Assembly (NCBI GenBank): GCA_937922745.1 | Contig: CALAJO010000006.1 | Span: 8,095-72,094 of the forward strand | Direction of reading: 5' to 3' | Source: an uncultured cyanobacterium | Lineage (GTDB): Bacteria; Cyanobacteriota; Vampirovibrionia; Vampirovibrionales; JAGQHJ01 | DNA: 64,000 nt | Shown: positions 59,741-64,000 of the stretch, in pieces | Position numbering within the stretch: the first letter of the stretch is position 1 | How the letters are laid out: every line of letters starts with the position of its first letter | Made by a program: the position numbers and the translations under genes | The notes under the pieces: generated by a model | Seen by the model: only the letters and a program-made list of their open reading frames with translations | Told to the model about the DNA's origin: nothing | Databases searched by the model: none

Positions 59741-60828
59741 TTACTTAGGGGAAGATGGGAATTCTGAGCCATTGATCAGTTCCAGCCGGGGTTTTCCGCC
59801 CAGTTCGTAAGCGTTTCGAAGCAGGTAGGCGGCCAATTGCCAGCAGTGTTTCAGTTGTTGCTGCGCAATGGGAAACCAGGCCTTGCGCAGCTCGAAGCGG
59901 TAGCTTTCGGGGTTGCCGTTTAGCCTGAGGCGAACCTGCGAATCCGCTTCCACCATTCGTGGCAGTTGGGAATGGCTGTCATAAAGCGTATCCGCAATGT
60001 GCGCAGCAACGGTCTTATGCGTGTCCACCCGATCCGGATGCGCGTCCTCGCCTTGAAGGATGTTTCTACGGAGGCCAAGATGCCAGTTTTGGCTGAACAA
60101 GCCGTTCTCGAAGAAGCGATGGGAACTGAACTCGCTGATCCGGTTGAGCGGATGCGCCAGTGCGTACTTGTACAGCGCCGTTGTATGGAAAGGCTGAGTC
60201 ATATCGACAAGGGAGTGAAGGAAAACCGCCATTTTATCGCTAAGGTAGGCCTGCCCTGCGTTGCGAATGAACGCCTTTGCCTGCTCCGCTTCCTTGGCCA
60301 GTTTGATTCGGCCATCCGGCTAAAAAGTCCGCCAAACGTTTCCTCGCAGAAACCCATCACGTCCTCCAGCTTTTTAACACCCTGGAAGGCCCGAATCAAG
60401 TCCTCCCTCGCGTTAAAAAAGGCGCTCACCACATTCTCCGACGTGCGCATGGCCGACTTGGGCTCTGCCACCTGGGCGAACAGTTCGCGGATTAAAACCG
60501 GGCGCCTGGCCGGCTGTGGGCCGGTGTGGGAATAATACGCCTGGGCTTGCTGTAAGGACGGCAGCGTACAAGCCTCCTCAGGCGGGTGGGCCGACACGGC
60601 ATCTCCAAAGTACTGCTCCAGGTGGATATAATGCGCCGGGCTGTTGCGCAGATCGTATGCCAGGCTAAAATCGTTAATCTGCTTTTCATTTTCCTGCAAA
60701 AACTGAAGCAAAGGCTGGACGGATTGCGCTTTTGGCCCTGTTTGAAGCAGGGTTTGCACACTATGGTGCGTTTCGTCGTGAACGGTTTTGCCCCAGCCAA
60801 AGCGAACCAGGCCCACCATGACAGCCAC
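59741..60828 (-). pseudogene. Unknown-function gene of ~360 aa, split by a frameshift near 60300-60320
   Basis: Two same-strand ORFs (60199..60828 and 59741..60232) overlap in different frames. The break lies near an aaaaa homopolymer. Confidence 0.45.
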
Positions 60829-60937
60829 CTCGGGTTTTGATTCCTCTTGCCAACAGCATACCGAAAATACGCTTATTGTAATAGGCCTGATATTAACCCG
60901 TAAGCCATGGTGTCCGGGGACTAGAAAACGTAAAAGA

Positions 60938-61945
60938 TTAGTTCAGTTGGACACGGGCAACCGAGTTGGACTCCTGTTGCGAAACGTACAAGGTCTTGCG
61001 GGCTTCGTCCAGGAAGATGTTATACGGCTTTTTCAGGCCGGTTGCCACGATGGACACCTTGCCGTCCTGGGAAATGCGGGCAATGGAGTTATCCAGGTGG
61101 TTGGCAATGTACAGGTCGTTGGTGCGGGAGTCCAGCGTCATCCCAACCGGGCCGTTAATCCCGAAGCCGGAAGCCAGCAGTTGCTTTTCGCCATTGGGGC
61201 TTACCTTGTAAATGGTGTTCTTGGAGAAGTTGGCGACATACAGCGTGCCGCTGCCATCCACCACCACGCCGGTGGGCCCGGAGAAGCCATCGACAAACTC
61301 CTGCACTTCCAACTGTTTCAGGCTGGGGATATTCGCCCCGGGGCGGTTGCTCTTAGCGGCCACCGGCGTTGTGGTGCGCGTGGTTACGGCCGTGCTGGGA
61401 GAGGTTGTCGTGGTTGTCGTCACCGGGTTGTCCAAAAAGGAGGTGGTATTCGGTTGTGTCCGGTTTGGGCGGGTTACGGGCTGACTGGCAGCCTGGGTAT
61501 TGCTGCCAGGGTTGGCCTTGGCCGCTTTCAGGCGATTGATGTTTTCCTGGGCGCGGGCGTAGCGGGAAGACTCTGCCGGGATTTTACCGAAAGCGGTCAT
61601 GGCGTCGTCCGGCTGGTTCATCTTTTCGTAAATCAAACCGGTCTGGTAACGCGCGCCATGGTCGTTGGGATCGATCTGGAGCAGCTTGTTAAAGGCTTCC
61701 AGGGCTTCGTTGTACCGGCCCTGCTTGTAATAAATGGCCCCGATATTAAAATGGGAATCCATGTGATTCGGATCCGCCTGTATGGCATCCTTAAAGTAGT
61801 CCAGTGCCTGCTGCATCTGGCCGCTGGTGTAGGCTGCCTGGCCTTTGCTAAAGTAATCCTGCGCGGTTTGGGCAAAGGCTGCGGTGGTTAAAAACAGGTT
61901 CAAAGCCAGGGATGCGGCGCCAACTCTCCAGATCTGTCTCTTCAT
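60938..61945 (-). CDS. Secreted TPR plus NHL-repeat (beta-propeller) protein
   Basis: Signal peptide, TPR helices (YFKDAIQADPNH...), a Thr-rich linker and NHL-like repeats (GPTGVVVDGSGTLYVANF ... LYIANHLDNSI). ATG at 61945 has GGAGAA upstream. Confidence 0.7.
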   Translation of the reverse strand: MKRQIWRVGAASLALNLFLTTAAFAQTAQDYFSKGQAAYTSGQMQQALDYFKDAIQADPNHMDSHFNIGAIYYKQGRYNEALEAFNKLLQIDPNDHGARYQTGLIYEKMNQPDDAMTAFGKIPAESSRYARAQENINRLKAAKANPGSNTQAASQPVTRPNRTQPNTTSFLDNPVTTTTTTSPSTAVTTRTTTPVAAKSNRPGANIPSLKQLEVQEFVDGFSGPTGVVVDGSGTLYVANFSKNTIYKVSPNGEKQLLASGFGINGPVGMTLDSRTNDLYIANHLDNSIARISQDGKVSIVATGLKKPYNIFLDEARKTLYVSQQESNSVARVQLN

Positions 61946-62031
61946 CGAATGTTCTCCAAGGACGACGGTTTTTACTCTGTAAGGTTTATCCTCTATTATA
62001 GTTGAAGCACTCAAAAGGATGAGTACCTAAT

Positions 62032-64000
62032 ATGTTACCGCTTGAAGAAGCAAGACTCAAGCTGAACGATCTTCAACAAGCCATCGAGATTGAGCGCCAG
62101 CGCCAGTATATCGATTTGCAAGGGCGCAAGAAGCGATTCTCGGAGTTTTTGCTTGAGACGGTAACGCTGCTGGAGCCCTTTCTGCCGCCTGGAGAGCTAA
62201 ATGATCCCTTGCAGGGGTCGATTCGGCATTACGGGTTCATGGATGTCACCGGGCGGATGCGCTTGCTGGAACGCATCAGCGACTTGCTGGGCAAGGTATC
62301 CCTGGCGAAGGCCGCGCAGCGTCCCAAAACGGTGATGCGCAACCATTACGACCAGCAACCGTCCGAGGTTGAAGTAAAGTTTGTGAAAGGCGTCGGCCCC
62401 AGCTTGGCGGCCGTCCTCAACCGGGCGGACATCTATACGGTTGAGGATCTGCTGTATTATTTCCCGCGCAAGTACATGGATTACCTCAACCGCTTGAAGA
62501 TTAAGGATCTACAGGAAGGGAAGGAGGCCACAATCATTGGGGACGTGGTTTCCGTTAACGCGTATAACACCAAAAACAAGAACCTGTCCATCGTTTCCGT
62601 TACCGTAAAGGATGACACCGGCGCGCTGGTGGCTAACTGGATTTTTGCCAACGGCAACCGGGCCATGCTGGAAAGCTACAAGAACAAATTTACCAAGGGC
62701 GCGGAAATTATGCTGTCCGGCAAGGTGAAGTGGGACAGTTACAAGAACAAGCTGGCGATGGATCGCCCGGAAGTGGAGATCTTAAGCTACGGCATGGCGG
62801 ATCCCGAGGATATTGTGGCTTCCTCCTTGCACTCCGGCAGGATTGTGCCGGTCTATCCACTGGTGCAGGGGCTTAACCTTAAAACGTTGCGGCGCGCCAT
62901 TCGCAATGCCCTGGATGGCTTCCTGCCGGGTATTTCCGACCCGATGCCGCCGGAGATCCGCAAACGCTACCAACTTACCGACCTGCAAACCGCGCTGGAG
63001 CAAATCCACTTTCCCGACTCCAACGAGCAGTACGAGTCGGCGCGGCGACGGCTGGTGTTTGATGAACTGTTCTACCTCCAGGCGCGCCTGGCGTTGATTC
63101 GGACCCAATATAAAAAGACGGTGAAGGGCCTTTCGATGGAGATTCGGGAGGATGGCTATATCCAGCGCTTCCTGTCCTTGCTGCCGTTTCATCTCACCAA
63201 TGCGCAAAAGCGGGTTTTTGAGGAGGTTAAATCCGATATGGCGAGCGGTGAGCCTATGTATCGCCTGCTTCAAGGGGATGTTGGCAGCGGGAAGACCATT
63301 ATCGCGATGCTAACCTTGCTGATTGCCGCTGATAACGGCTATCAAGGCGTACTGATGGCGCCGACGGAAATCCTGGCCGAGCAGCACTACCGCAATTTTA
63401 TCCAGTGGCTCACGCCGCTTGGCCTCAAGGCCGGGTTGTTTGTCGGGAAATCCGGCGCCAGGGAACGCCGGGAGCTTCGGCAGGGGCTGTTGAACGGGCA
63501 AATCCACATTGCCGTGGGCACCCACGCGCTCATCCAGGATAACGTCGAGTTTGACCGGCTCGGCGCTATTGTCGTGGATGAACAGCATCGTTTCGGCGTT
63601 CGCCAAAGGCTCCTGCTGAAAAGCAAGGGCGAAAACCCGGAAATGCTGACCATGACGGCAACCCCCATCCCTAGGACGCTGGCCATGACCCTGCACGGGG
63701 ATCTGGATGTCTCAATTCTGGATGAACTGCCACCCGGCCGCACGCCAATCCAAACCGGCCTGTTTCGCGGGAAAAGCCAGCGCCAGCAAGCCATTCAGCT
63801 CATCCGCCACGAAATCCAGAAAGGCCGCCAGGTCTACGTGGTCTTTCCCTTTATCGAAGAGTCCGAAACCATCTCCGCCAAGGCGGCCACGGTAGAGTAC
63901 GAAAAGTTAAAGCGCGAGATCTTCCCGGAGTTCCGGGTCGGCCTGCTTCACGGCAAGCAATCCAGCACGGAGAAAGAGGCCGTGATGGATGACTTTGTAC
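62032..64000 (+). CDS. recG: ATP-dependent DNA helicase RecG, N-terminal ~656 codons. The gene runs off the window end.
   Basis: Hand-translated from the ATG at 62032 to the end of the window without a stop. It contains a wedge/OB region, Walker A GDVGSGKT, DEQHRFGV and TATPIPRT. Confidence 0.85.
   Translation, partial: MLPLEEARLKLNDLQQAIEIERQRQYIDLQGRKKRFSEFLLETVTLLEPFLPPGELNDPLQGSIRHYGFMDVTGRMRLLERISDLLGKVSLAKAAQRPKTVMRNHYDQQPSEVEVKFVKGVGPSLAAVLNRADIYTVEDLLYYFPRKYMDYLNRLKIKDLQEGKEATIIGDVVSVNAYNTKNKNLSIVSVTVKDDTGALVANWIFANGNRAMLESYKNKFTKGAEIMLSGKVKWDSYKNKLAMDRPEVEILSYGMADPEDIVASSLHSGRIVPVYPLVQGLNLKTLRRAIRNALDGFLPGISDPMPPEIRKRYQLTDLQTALEQIHFPDSNEQYESARRRLVFDELFYLQARLALIRTQYKKTVKGLSMEIREDGYIQRFLSLLPFHLTNAQKRVFEEVKSDMASGEPMYRLLQGDVGSGKTIIAMLTLLIAADNGYQGVLMAPTEILAEQHYRNFIQWLTPLGLKAGLFVGKSGARERRELRQGLLNGQIHIAVGTHALIQDNVEFDRLGAIVVDEQHRFGVRQRLLLKSKGENPEMLTMTATPIPRTLAMTLHGDLDVSILDELPPGRTPIQTGLFRGKSQRQQAIQLIRHEIQKGRQVYVVFPFIEESETISAKAATVEYEKLKREIFPEFRVGLLHGKQSSTEKEAVMDDFV

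Noticed and set aside
60788-61891. 367 aa plus-strand ORF
   Set aside because: Antisense to the TPR/NHL gene, which has a signal peptide, an RBS and domain signatures. The ORF is Gly/Val-rich junk.

Overview
The window is a 64 kb chromosomal segment of roughly 55-60% GC with several lower-GC insertions. The organism is probably diderm, because a secretin is present; no taxon is assigned. From start to end it contains:
- the 3' end of recQ, running in from upstream;
- a secreted CHAP-domain peptidase;
- a tandem duplication whose ~230 bp leader is near-identical in both copies, whereas the ~640 aa HEAT-repeat genes in the two copies have diverged;
- rpoD;
- an orphan type IV prepilin-like gene;
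- holB-holA;
- a DUF62 SAM hydroxide adenosyltransferase homolog;
- GerMN, cbiX, a low-GC HNH nuclease and coaD;
- a 1 kb gene-free stretch;
- an addB/addA-type helicase-nuclease pair in which addB carries an N-terminal frameshift;
- a galactose/galactofuranose glycan cluster: galK, an extended sugar-1-P nucleotidyltransferase, galE, a glycosyltransferase fused to UDP-galactopyranose mutase, a GH1-like glycosidase fused to an RmlD-like reductase and a second GH1-like paralog, a PhyH dioxygenase and an unknown 406 aa protein;
- an orphan soluble histidine kinase with tandem 61 bp repeats upstream;
- an AI-2E transporter;
- a complete Tad/Flp pilus locus (flp, tadE, cpaB, cpaC secretin, cpaE, cpaF, tadB, tadC), interrupted by a MITE-like inverted-repeat element and a 29 bp palindrome;
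- csoR;
- an oligopeptide-type ABC substrate-binding protein, SSS and MFS transporters;
- a second MITE-like element flanked by a dispersed GAACGAACGAAGCCATTTT motif;
- a frameshifted unknown gene;
- a TPR/NHL protein;
- the 5' two thirds of recG, which runs off the window and is therefore absent from the ORF track.
No rRNA, tRNA or CRISPR array was recognised. All calls rest on reading the translated ORFs for family-specific motifs; no database search was possible.
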